Sequence record: DRR723986_22525
DNA: 20,000 bases
Direction: 5' to 3' (one strand)
In this document: positions 8,251-17,111 of the stretch, piece by piece
How the letters are laid out: the number at the start of each line of letters is the position of its first letter
How positions within the stretch are numbered: position 1 is the stretch's first letter
The notes under the pieces: generated by a model
What the model saw: the letters and a program-made list of their open reading frames with translations, nothing else
What the model was told of the DNA's origin: nothing
Databases searched by the model: none
Made by a program: the position numbers and the translations under genes

Positions 8251-8258
8251 CAAATTTA
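8251..8258 (-). promoter_or_regulatory. Bacteroidota -7 promoter element, probably for the receiver gene
   Basis: TAAATTTG on the minus strand matches TAnnTTTG; a TTTG lies 16 bp upstream (shorter than usual spacing). Confidence 0.55.
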
Positions 8259-8320
8259 TAATAAGCTATACTTACAAAAAAATCAACGCCTAAAATTAAT
8301 TGGAGTGATTGATTAGGTCT

Positions 8321-8911
8321 TTACTCCGCGTTTTTTAGTTCGTAAAGAAAATAATCTATAATCTTGTCTGTTGTTTTTAGCACTTTTTTACTTTTCGTTT
8401 TTGGGCTACTCACCTCGGTTACACCAGTCAATGTCATGAGGAGTTTATCTTCTTTCTGGTCGATAAAATCTACAATTACCTGAACTAACTCATAGTTGCT
8501 TGTAGTTTGACTATTGTTTCGATTGTTGAAGTAGGGGTCGTATGGATTATAAATCCATGGTCCCATTACTCTGGAACCCCAGTATGGATAGTAATTATTA
8601 CTTGAATAGGTGTCTCGTTTTCTCTGGTCTTCATTTGAGGTATAACGAATAATTAACTCAGGCTCATTTTTGTCATATACTAGACCTTTGGCTTCCAGTG
8701 CATCTTGGAGATGTATCTGGACTTGTTCATCGATGAATTGAGAAGAAAAACCTCGAATTCCTACTTCCTGGTTTATGATTACGAATGATCTGTAAGGCCT
8801 TCGCACAGGTACTTCAGTATTTTCCTTGAATATCTCAATAGCATTACATGAGCTAAGAATAGCTAGGGAAATCGTGATAAGAAATATGTTTCTTGAGTGA
8901 ATTCGCTTCAT
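8321..8911 (-). CDS. DUF4136-like lipoprotein
   Basis: From ATG 8911: basic N-region, hydrophobic core, LSSC lipobox; L..KGL....PEL, Tyr/Trp/Pro-rich loop, VIVDFID. Confidence 0.75.
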   Translation of the reverse strand: MKRIHSRNIFLITISLAILSSCNAIEIFKENTEVPVRRPYRSFVIINQEVGIRGFSSQFIDEQVQIHLQDALEAKGLVYDKNEPELIIRYTSNEDQRKRDTYSSNNYYPYWGSRVMGPWIYNPYDPYFNNRNNSQTTSNYELVQVIVDFIDQKEDKLLMTLTGVTEVSSPKTKSKKVLKTTDKIIDYFLYELKNAE

Positions 8912-9130
8912 CGAAAGGGCTTTTTGTTTAAAAACGGGCAAGAGAAAAGAAAGTTAGGTATTACTAATTAACGATTAAAAGGAAGTTGTTATTCAATAGG
9001 TATATCCGCTTTTCTACCGGTTAGGTGGCACAAACATTAAATTTAAGAATTGTGGCCACTTTGGTCACATTTAAATAGCTTAGCCGAAGTATAGCCCTTC
9101 CAATCTGATAAGCAAAGGTGACTGGCAACA

Positions 9131-9162
9131 TTGCGGATAGTCATATTATTCAATTATGTTTG
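9131..9162 (+). promoter_or_regulatory. Bacteroidota primary-sigma promoter for the deaminase gene
   Basis: TTG (9131-9133), 21-nt spacer, TATGTTTG (9155-9162), 44 bp upstream of the ATG. Confidence 0.65.
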
Positions 9163-9206
9163 CAAGCCTTTACGATCTAATGCTAATTTTAGCTAAAGTT
9201 TAAGAC

Positions 9207-9689
9207 ATGAAGAGACCTGATTTTGATGATATTTTTATGGAGCTGGCAGTCAATTTGGCTAAACGTTCTCATTGTATTAAAAAGCATGTAGGAGCAGTGC
9301 TCACAAAAGATACACGTATCATTTCAATAGGGTATAATGGACCGCCTGCAGGTACTCATAATTGCGATGTCGAATTTCCTGAAGGTGGCTGCGCCCGGGA
9401 TAGTAAGGGTAGCTGCTCATTAGCGCTTCATGCAGAACAAAATGCAATTTTATATGCAGTGAAAAACAATACCACTGTAGAAGGATCTACGCTTTTTGTC
9501 ACCTTGTCACCCTGCCTTGCGTGTTCTAGGATTATTTTTTCTATGGGAATCTCTAGAGTTATTTATTTATTTTCTTATGCAGAATATAAAGGTATAGGTT
9601 CAGATGAAGGGGTTGATTTCTTGAGGAAATTTGGTGTTCAAGTAGATAAATATCAAAAGACTCTTGAAGTTAATGACCACCTGGTCTAA
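9207..9689 (+). CDS. dCMP deaminase (ComEB family)
   Basis: RS.C....VGAV, IGYNG.P.G, HAEQNA and T.SPC..C zinc motifs. Confidence 0.93.
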   Translation: MKRPDFDDIFMELAVNLAKRSHCIKKHVGAVLTKDTRIISIGYNGPPAGTHNCDVEFPEGGCARDSKGSCSLALHAEQNAILYAVKNNTTVEGSTLFVTLSPCLACSRIIFSMGISRVIYLFSYAEYKGIGSDEGVDFLRKFGVQVDKYQKTLEVNDHLV

Positions 9690-10699
9690 AGAAAATTTAC
9701 TTCAGGATGTATGTTAATATTGAACTTTTCGAAAACTGACTTCTGAATCTTTTCTGAAAGGTTTTTGATTTCATTTCCATCTCCTTCACCATAATTTACA
9801 AGGACTAGTGGTTGTTTACTGTGTACACCAATTTCGCCAAACCGCTTTCCCTTCCACCCGCATTGTTCGATCAGCCAAGCTGCAGGGACTTTAATTCCCT
9901 CATCGTTAAGATAGCCTGGGATGGTAGGGTGCAGGCTTTTAAGGCCCTCATAATGCTCAGTGGAAATAGTAGGGTTCTTGAAGAAAGAACCAGAATTTCC
10001 TATTTCTTTTGGGTCAGGCAGTTTAGATTGACGGATTTGAATTACTGCATCAGAGATTGCTTTAATACTCAGCTCATTAATTCCATTTGCCTCCAAGGTT
10101 TCTTGGATTGCGCCATATTCTGTGTGGTAGATAGGCTCTTTTGTTAACCTAAAGACGACAGAGCAAATCACATATTTGCCTTTTAATTCATGTTTGAAAA
10201 TACTTTCTCTATACCCAAATTGACACTGCGCAGCATTGAATTCTTCAATTTCCAATGTTTCTCTGTTCAGAGCCTTTAAGCTAGAAAATACATCTTTTAT
10301 TTCCACGCCATAAGCGCCGATATTCTGCATTGGAGAAGCCCCAACTGTCCCTGGGATTAAGGATAAATTCTCTATTCCAGCCCAATTGTTTTTGATTGCG
10401 GTGAGCACAAATTGATGCCAATTCACACCAGCGCCCGCTTCAATTAAAAAAAATTCAGCTTCTTCCTTAATTACCTTTACTCCCGCAATTTCATTTTTGA
10501 TTATCAGTTTATCCTGATTCTTTGTAAGAAGTATATTGCTTCCTCCTCCTAAAATCAAAGGTTTGATATTCTGAGATTTAGCCCATGCTAATGCTTCCTT
10601 TAGCTGTGCAATTGAAGTTACAGCAACAAAAAAACGAGCCGTTTTATCAATTCCAAAGGTATTATATGGCCTGAGGGAGATGTTTTCTAGTATATTCAT
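9686..10699 (-). CDS. murB: UDP-N-acetylenolpyruvoylglucosamine reductase
   Basis: NTFGI, LGGGSNIL, IPGTVGASPMQNIGAYG, FGYRESIFK, GNSGSFFKNP, PEVN. Confidence 0.98.
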   Translation of the reverse strand: MNILENISLRPYNTFGIDKTARFFVAVTSIAQLKEALAWAKSQNIKPLILGGGSNILLTKNQDKLIIKNEIAGVKVIKEEAEFFLIEAGAGVNWHQFVLTAIKNNWAGIENLSLIPGTVGASPMQNIGAYGVEIKDVFSSLKALNRETLEIEEFNAAQCQFGYRESIFKHELKGKYVICSVVFRLTKEPIYHTEYGAIQETLEANGINELSIKAISDAVIQIRQSKLPDPKEIGNSGSFFKNPTISTEHYEGLKSLHPTIPGYLNDEGIKVPAAWLIEQCGWKGKRFGEIGVHSKQPLVLVNYGEGDGNEIKNLSEKIQKSVFEKFNINIHPEVNFL

Positions 10700-10845
10700 A
10701 TGTGGAGACTGACTTGCGAAATAAGTAAGATTTTACTCGAATATAAAATGTAATCACCCAATTGAATTTTAAGACTTGCAATCTTACTGGAGAATGTACT
10801 AGTAGTATTTTTCGACGTGGGTGTTGAAAATCAAATAACATATCA

Positions 10846-11790
10846 ATGAAAGAATTGGTCATAAATGGTGTACGGATCAGACCCGGCCAGTCGATGAATA
10901 TAGAAATTGCCATCGCTAAACTTCCAACCCATACTCTAATTGATCTTCCGATATTTATCCGCTCTTCAAAAGAAGACGGTCCTGTTGTATTAATTAGCGG
11001 GGGAGTTCATGGGGATGAAATTAATGGTGTAGTAACTGCTAAAAGGCTTCTTGAGGAAGTAGATGAAGGTCTCGAGTTGATCAAAGGAACCTTAATTTTT
11101 ATTCCTCTGGTTAATATTTATGGTTTTCTGTCAAATAGCAGAACATTCCCAGACGGAAGAGATCTAAATCGCAGCTTCCCTGGAAGTAAAAAAGGCTCTT
11201 TAGCAGGTAGTATTGCTTACATATTAAGTAGTGAAATCATACCTCAGATAGATTTTGGAATAGATTTTCATACGGGTGGGAGAATGCTCACCAATTTCCC
11301 CCAAGTAAGAGTAGATTATAAGGATAAAGTGGCAGTGGAACTTGCTAGAGCTTTTGGAACTCATTATGTGGTGAATTCAAAGTACATAGAGAAGTCATTC
11401 AGAAAAGAGGCCTTTAAAGCCAGAAAACATATTTTGGTATTTGAGGGAGGAGAATCTATGAGATTGGATGAATATGGCATTGAAGAAGGGGTGAATGGTA
11501 CTAAGCGTATGTTGGCAAGCCTAGGTATGCTCGCAGATGCGCCAGCCCCTCAAGAAAGTGTTTTCTTAAAAGAAAGTAGTTGGGTAAGAGCGAAAGCTTC
11601 TGGAATTTTTAACTCAAGTGTAAAAGTAGGCGAGTCCGTCAAAAAAGGCCAAATACTGGCACGGATTTCGGATCCATATGGACATGTGAAAATCCCTGTA
11701 AAAGCCCCAACTAATGGTCACATTATAGGAATGAATAATATGCCTGTCATCAATGCGGGAGATGCATTAGTGCATATCGGCAAGGAATAG
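10846..11790 (+). CDS. Succinylglutamate desuccinylase/aspartoacylase-family (M14) zinc hydrolase
   Basis: GVHGDE.NG, DLNRSFPG, IDFHTG, FEGGE motifs and a C-terminal barrel-sandwich hybrid segment. Confidence 0.92.
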   Translation: MKELVINGVRIRPGQSMNIEIAIAKLPTHTLIDLPIFIRSSKEDGPVVLISGGVHGDEINGVVTAKRLLEEVDEGLELIKGTLIFIPLVNIYGFLSNSRTFPDGRDLNRSFPGSKKGSLAGSIAYILSSEIIPQIDFGIDFHTGGRMLTNFPQVRVDYKDKVAVELARAFGTHYVVNSKYIEKSFRKEAFKARKHILVFEGGESMRLDEYGIEEGVNGTKRMLASLGMLADAPAPQESVFLKESSWVRAKASGIFNSSVKVGESVKKGQILARISDPYGHVKIPVKAPTNGHIIGMNNMPVINAGDALVHIGKE

Positions 11791-11832
11791 TATTCATAAA
11801 CTTTTATCTTGAAGCTTAGTTATCAGACGTAT

Positions 11833-12978
11833 ATGAATTTATCAGAAACCTTCCAACGTGTAAGAAACCATTCTCTTCATCTATGTAGCAATTTGATCAC
11901 CGAGGATTTTAGCTTGCAGGCTTCTGAGGAGGTAAGCCCTCCTAAATGGCACTTAGCCCACACAACCTGGTTTTTTGAACAGTTTATTTTGGTGCCAAAT
12001 GACCCCAGCTATGTGGTGAAACATCCCCAATTTAATTTTCTTTTTAATTCTTATTACAATTCCCTTGGTGCAAGAACAGCACGAAATCAACGTGGACTTA
12101 TGTCTCGCCCCTCGGTGGAAGAGGTTAAAACCTACCGTGCTTATGTAGATGAGGCAATGTTGAGGTTGATTCACGGAAATAATTCTGAGATAAATGAACT
12201 GGTTACTCTAGGATTGAATCACGAACAGCAACATCAGGAATTATTAATTACAGATTTAAAATACAGTTTGTGGTTTAACCCACTGAATCCAAGCGTGATG
12301 GATATTGGGGAATATCGCCCTGAATCTAAGTCAAACTGGGTATCTGTAGATGCTGGAGTTTATGAAATTGGCTATTCAGACAATGGTTTTTGCTACGATA
12401 ATGAATTGAATCCGCATAAAGTTTACATCAATGACTTTGCGATTTCTACAGCGCTGGTTACAAATCAGGAGTATTTGGAATTTATGAATGCTGGTGGTTA
12501 TGAAAACCCAACCTATTGGCATGACGAGGGCTGGGCATGGAGTAAGGAACTCCAAGAAAAAGCGCCTTTGTATTGGGAGCTTCAAGATGGAGCTTGGTAT
12601 CATTACACATTGAATGGATTAAAACCAATTGATCTTGACGCACCTGTCGCTCATGTGAATTTCTATGAAGCCTCAGCTTATGCATCTTGGAGAGGCATGA
12701 GACTGCCCACGGAATTTGAGTGGGAAGTAGCCCAAAATCAGGTTGAATGGGGGAAACGATGGGAATGGACAAATTCTGCTTATTTGCCTTATCCGGGCTT
12801 TAAGGTGGCTCCAGGAGCAATAGGAGAGTACAATGGGAAATTTATGATAAACCAAATGGTGTTACGTGGCGCTTCAGTAGCAACTTCTGAAGGACATTCC
12901 AGACCAAATTATAGAAACTTTTTTCATCCAAAATACAGATGGCAATTTATGGGCATTCGCTTAGCCAAATCCCTTTAA
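11833..12978 (+). CDS. egtB: Ergothioneine biosynthesis sulfoxide synthase
   Basis: DinB-like domain with SPPKWHLAHTTWFFE and HEQQHQE iron ligands; FGE-sulfatase-like C-terminus (RLPTEFEWE, WEWT, EYNGKFM, RNFF). Adjacent to egtD. ATG 11833 preferred over TTG 11809. Confidence 0.93.
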   Translation: MNLSETFQRVRNHSLHLCSNLITEDFSLQASEEVSPPKWHLAHTTWFFEQFILVPNDPSYVVKHPQFNFLFNSYYNSLGARTARNQRGLMSRPSVEEVKTYRAYVDEAMLRLIHGNNSEINELVTLGLNHEQQHQELLITDLKYSLWFNPLNPSVMDIGEYRPESKSNWVSVDAGVYEIGYSDNGFCYDNELNPHKVYINDFAISTALVTNQEYLEFMNAGGYENPTYWHDEGWAWSKELQEKAPLYWELQDGAWYHYTLNGLKPIDLDAPVAHVNFYEASAYASWRGMRLPTEFEWEVAQNQVEWGKRWEWTNSAYLPYPGFKVAPGAIGEYNGKFMINQMVLRGASVATSEGHSRPNYRNFFHPKYRWQFMGIRLAKSL

Positions 12979-12981
12979 TTT

Positions 12982-13947
12982 ATGAACGCAAAAAACACGG
13001 ATTTCGGAACCTTTGCCCAAGATGTCATGCTTGGTCTAAATTCAACTCCGAAAACTTTACCTTCCAAATACTTCTATGATGCCAAGGGAGATAAGCTGTT
13101 TCAGCAGATTATGGCATTGCCAGAATATTATCTTACACGCAAGGAATATGAGATTCTTGAGCTTCAACACGAGCAAATTTTAGAGCAAATATTAGCGTCA
13201 AATCAACCATTCAACTTGGTGGAACTGGGAGCTGGTGACGGCATGAAAACTAAAATCTTGCTCAGATATCTAACCGAAAAAAAAGCTGAGTTCACCTACT
13301 ACCCTGTAGATTTTTCCGGGTCAGTTCTTGAAGAATTAGAACAATCCCTTGCAAAGGAATTACCTCAACTGACCGTCAATTCTATTCAAGATACGTATAG
13401 AGAGTCTCTGAAAAAACAAGTTTGGGAAGATGGCAGACCTAATCTTATACTGTTTATGGGAGCGAATTTGGGGAATTTTGGAGTAGATGAAGCCAAAAAT
13501 ATCATTGACCATCTACGAGTGGGGACTAAAAGGGGAGATCTTGTTTTGCTTGGTTTTGACCTAAAAAAGAATCCTCAAACCATTCTCAACGCCTATCACG
13601 ATGAGCAAGGCGTCACTCGTGAGTTTAATATGAATTTGCTTGATAGAATAAATAGAGAATTGGATGCTGATTTTGACCGAGATTCATTTGTTCATTGGCC
13701 TACTTATGATCCTGTAAGTGGTGAATGTCGAAGCTATTTAGTTTCTCAAAAGTCCCAGGTAGTAACCATTGGTGCATTAAATCAACACGTTGTATTTGAG
13801 GCTTTTGAGTCGATTTTCACTGAAATATCCAAAAAGTACAGTTTATCTGAAATCAGTCATTTAGCCTCTTTGGGCGGTTTTGAAGTGAAGGAAAATTTTA
13901 TGGATTCCGAAGGTTACTTTGCAGATGTACTATGGGAAAAGAAGTGA
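12982..13947 (+). CDS. egtD: L-histidine N-alpha-trimethyltransferase
   Basis: K.LPSKYFYD..G..LF, LPEYYLTR.E, VELGAGDG.KT, AY.D..GVT..FN.N.L, I.TEIS.K. Confidence 0.95.
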   Translation: MNAKNTDFGTFAQDVMLGLNSTPKTLPSKYFYDAKGDKLFQQIMALPEYYLTRKEYEILELQHEQILEQILASNQPFNLVELGAGDGMKTKILLRYLTEKKAEFTYYPVDFSGSVLEELEQSLAKELPQLTVNSIQDTYRESLKKQVWEDGRPNLILFMGANLGNFGVDEAKNIIDHLRVGTKRGDLVLLGFDLKKNPQTILNAYHDEQGVTREFNMNLLDRINRELDADFDRDSFVHWPTYDPVSGECRSYLVSQKSQVVTIGALNQHVVFEAFESIFTEISKKYSLSEISHLASLGGFEVKENFMDSEGYFADVLWEKK

Positions 13948-13982
13948 CCACAATCAAGGAAGCAAATGTTTTTCATCAATAA

Positions 13983-15059
13983 TTAATTAGTTCCTGTTGT
14001 TAAACTAGACACTATTATTTTTGGATTTTCCTCTTCCTGTGCGTCTTTATTTCTGATGATATTGTAGTAGGTATCCGCATTTAAATGTTTTGGGAATTCT
14101 TCTAATGAGACACCTTTGAAAGGAAGTTTATAGCTAAATTTTGGCGTGTTACTTCCTAAATCAAGCATGAGATGATATGAATCTTTTTTGTAGGTTAAAA
14201 GCATACTTGCATTACCCTCATTTATTTCTGTAAACTCAATCCGTAAGGTGTCTGACTTTTCAAAATCCTTGAAGTCAAGTTGATATTCAGGAATCAAGTG
14301 ATCCTCTTTCATTCGGTAAATAGTATCCTTCTGACCAATCAACCCAGAGAACTGAACCCGGGGCATATAAAAGAGACGTTCTTGATTTACCTTACCAAAT
14401 ACATTTAGGAAATTGTAAAAACGGTTAAATTTAGAAGTGAAGCTATACAAAGGGTTTTCTTGTGTTTTGAATTCTAGAGTAGTTGGTTCTATAGAACTTA
14501 TCCTAATTGATTTACCATCTTTTTCACTAGAATTTAGGTCCTCTTGTATCACCAAAATAGTGCTGTCTTCCTTATAGAATGAGATTGGTTGGCCTGCTAA
14601 TTTTTTACTTGAAGCAATAAAGTTTCCTTCTAAGTCATAGGAATTCACCACCATTTTTTGCCAATCAGATACTAAAACTATATTTTCTTTTTCATCCAGG
14701 TAAATTGCTGTGAGTACTAGATATTCATCAGGCCCTTCGCCTTTTTTACCTATAGTCTGAATGTAATTCCCATCGTAATCATACTTCAACAAGCCCTTTC
14801 TATTATCGATAAGAAAAATATAATCTTTGCCGAAGGCTATATCGTGAATGAAAGTAAGAGGCGGATTTCCGGACCTTTCCAGATCAATGGTATCCAATGG
14901 TTGAAATTGAAATCCATTTTCTCCATCAAGTAAAAAATCCTTGCTGATTTCAATTTTATAAATGTCCTCTACTACTTCAACCTCATTTTTAGTGTTACAA
15001 AATTGAAAAAGTAAAATGCAAAGCAATGGAAAAATAACTTTAGAATAGTCCATGGTCAA
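13983..15059 (-). CDS. 6-bladed beta-propeller lipoprotein (DUF5128-like)
   Basis: Signal ending LFQFC followed by an acidic export-signal-like tract (KNEVEVVED); YDYDGNYI..IG..GEGPDEY, YDLEGNFI and C-terminal EENP.I. Confidence 0.8.
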   Translation of the reverse strand: MTMDYSKVIFPLLCILLFQFCNTKNEVEVVEDIYKIEISKDFLLDGENGFQFQPLDTIDLERSGNPPLTFIHDIAFGKDYIFLIDNRKGLLKYDYDGNYIQTIGKKGEGPDEYLVLTAIYLDEKENIVLVSDWQKMVVNSYDLEGNFIASSKKLAGQPISFYKEDSTILVIQEDLNSSEKDGKSIRISSIEPTTLEFKTQENPLYSFTSKFNRFYNFLNVFGKVNQERLFYMPRVQFSGLIGQKDTIYRMKEDHLIPEYQLDFKDFEKSDTLRIEFTEINEGNASMLLTYKKDSYHLMLDLGSNTPKFSYKLPFKGVSLEEFPKHLNADTYYNIIRNKDAQEEENPKIIVSSLTTGTN

Positions 15060-15147
15060 TTGGGTCTAATAAACAACTCTATAAATATAGTTATTTATTA
15101 CACCATTGCTTGCTAAGTACTTATCGCAGATTTGGCAAGTTTTAAAT

Positions 15148-15175
15148 AAAAAAGCACTGATTTCTCAGTGCTTTT
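15148..15175 (-). terminator. Intrinsic terminator of the phosphohexomutase gene
   Basis: AAAAGCACTGA-TTTC-TCAGTGCTTTT perfect inverted repeat; 6-U tail on the minus strand, 20 bp after the stop. Confidence 0.9.
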
Positions 15176-15195
15176 AATTTCTCAAATTTCATTTT

Positions 15196-16926
15196 TTAGC
15201 TGAAGTATCGCTTCAATCCTTCCAGCCTTTCTACTAATTCAGCTTCCACTTTTCTGTAATCAGATTTATTTGCCAACGGCGCATTCACCGAGAAATAGTA
15301 CTTGATCTTTGGTTCAGTACCAGATGGTCTAGCAGAGATCTTACTTCCATCAGCGAGGTAGAACTGCATCACGTTGGACTTATCCATATCCAGCTTTTCG
15401 GTCTTACCGGATTTTACATCTTTTACCGTGCTTTCTTTCACATCGATGATTTTTGCTACAGCAATTCCATTCATCTCAGCTGGGGGATGGTGACGGAAAT
15501 CAGTCATCAAAGCCTGGATTTGCTCCGCACCGTCTTTTCCTTTTTTGGTAACAGAAATAAGAGATTCCTTATAGAAGCCGAATTGATTATAAATCTCAGC
15601 AAGTACATCAAAAACTGACTTACCCTGAGTTTTGTAATACGCGATTGCTTCAGCAACCATAGCGCAGGCACTTACCCCGTCTTTATCACGCACAAAATCG
15701 CCAACCAAATACCCATAAGACTCCTCACCGCCACCGATGAAGGTTTCCTTGCCCTCTAGATCCTTGATGATTGCCGCAATGTTTTTAAATCCTGTCAAAA
15801 CGGAGAAGCATTTTACACCAAACCCTTCACAGATTTTATCTATTAATTCAGTGGTCACTATGGTATTCACCATGAATTGATTACCGTCGAGTTTACCCGC
15901 TTTTTTCCACTGGCTCAACAGGTAATAGGTAAGTAAAGCACCCGTTTGATTTCCGTTCAATAATTCAAATTCTCCCGAAGCATTTGGAACTGCTGCAGCA
16001 TAGCGATCACCGTCCGGATCACAAGCCAATACCAACTCAGCACCTACTTCTTTTCCCAGCTTAAGAGAGAGCGTTAGAGCCTCAGCTTCTTCAGGATTTG
16101 GGTAAATGACCGTAGGGAAATTTCCATCTGGCTCAGCTTGCTCTTTTACAATATTTACATTTTCAAAGCCAAAAGCTTTCAATGCCGCAGGAACCATTTT
16201 TCCAGAAGCACCATGAATGGGAGAGAATACTATCGGCATGTTTTTTTGCGCAGCAACAGCATCTGGAGCTAAACTTAGCCCCTTGACCAGCTTCAGGTAG
16301 ATCTCATCAAAATCCTCTTCGATGTACTGAAAAAGAGCATCATTTTTATCCCAGTTTACATCATCAAAGGAAGTGATCTTCTTCACTTCATCGATTATAT
16401 TTTTATCATGTGGAGCGACTACTTGCGCGCCATCCTCCCAATAAGCTTTGTAACCATTGTATTCTTTTGGGTTGTGAGAAGCTGTAATCATTACACCGCT
16501 TTTGCAATCAAAATGCCTTACGGCAAATGACAACATAGGAGTAGGGCGCATCTCCTTGAAGTACAATACGTGGATGCCGTTCGCTGTCAGGACATTCGCT
16601 GTGGTCATAGCGAACAGTGTATTGTTGATTCTACTGTCATGTGTGATTGCTACCCGGATCGTTTCACCAGGAAAACATTTAAGCAGGTAATTGGCAAGAC
16701 CTTGGGTAGCCATTCCAATCGTGTAAACGTTCATCCTATTGGTTCCAACGCCCATAAGACCACGTAATCCACCGGTACCAAACTCGAGATCTTGGTAGAA
16801 TGAATCTGTTAACTCAGTTGGGTTTTGATCAATTAGAGTACGGATTTGGGCTTTCGAATCTTCATCGATAGTGCCGCTAAGCCAAGAATCAGCCTTGGCT
16901 AGGATGCTAGGGTCTATGGTAGTCAT
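15196..16926 (-). CDS. Phosphoglucomutase/phosphomannomutase (alpha-D-phosphohexomutase)
   Basis: FGTGGLRG, catalytic TASHNP, metal loop DPDGDR, GGEESYG, RPSGTEPKIK. Confidence 0.97.
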   Translation of the reverse strand: MTTIDPSILAKADSWLSGTIDEDSKAQIRTLIDQNPTELTDSFYQDLEFGTGGLRGLMGVGTNRMNVYTIGMATQGLANYLLKCFPGETIRVAITHDSRINNTLFAMTTANVLTANGIHVLYFKEMRPTPMLSFAVRHFDCKSGVMITASHNPKEYNGYKAYWEDGAQVVAPHDKNIIDEVKKITSFDDVNWDKNDALFQYIEEDFDEIYLKLVKGLSLAPDAVAAQKNMPIVFSPIHGASGKMVPAALKAFGFENVNIVKEQAEPDGNFPTVIYPNPEEAEALTLSLKLGKEVGAELVLACDPDGDRYAAAVPNASGEFELLNGNQTGALLTYYLLSQWKKAGKLDGNQFMVNTIVTTELIDKICEGFGVKCFSVLTGFKNIAAIIKDLEGKETFIGGGEESYGYLVGDFVRDKDGVSACAMVAEAIAYYKTQGKSVFDVLAEIYNQFGFYKESLISVTKKGKDGAEQIQALMTDFRHHPPAEMNGIAVAKIIDVKESTVKDVKSGKTEKLDMDKSNVMQFYLADGSKISARPSGTEPKIKYYFSVNAPLANKSDYRKVEAELVERLEGLKRYFS

Positions 16927-17111
16927 GTTTTAAAAATTGTTTAACTTCTAAGATATAGAAAATCATAAAAAATGCCACCTGTTAAATCGTTAGGTGTTGA
17001 AGATGTGCATCTTAAATTTTAGAATGAATAGGATTTTCGTATTCGCCAGCCTTCTAATTCTATTTTTTTTAGCAAATAGATTCATTTACTTTTAGACCGC
17101 ATACAAATTCA

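Noticed and set aside
8104-8253. 50-aa N-terminal extension of the receiver with a CxCxxC pattern
   Set aside because: Begins at a TTG inside the predicted -7 promoter box, and the receiver fold starts cleanly at ATG 8103.
9011-9020. TTTCTACC resembling the purine riboswitch J2/3 strand upstream of a nucleotide deaminase
   Set aside because: No P1/P2/P3 stems or kissing loops, and it lies upstream of the predicted promoter.
9021-9131. 36-codon minus-strand ORF (MLPVTFAYQIGRAILRLSYLNVTKVATILKFNVCAT)
   Set aside because: No motif or supporting expression signals; length is compatible with chance.
11833-12978. Selenoneine synthase SenA or ovothiol synthase OvoA
   Set aside because: No senB/selD neighbours and no C-terminal methyltransferase domain; the adjacent egtD supports EgtB.
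15196-16926. Apparently higher GC in the phosphohexomutase gene suggesting horizontal transfer
   Set aside because: Not quantified, no mobility signatures, and codon bias in a core gene is a sufficient explanation.
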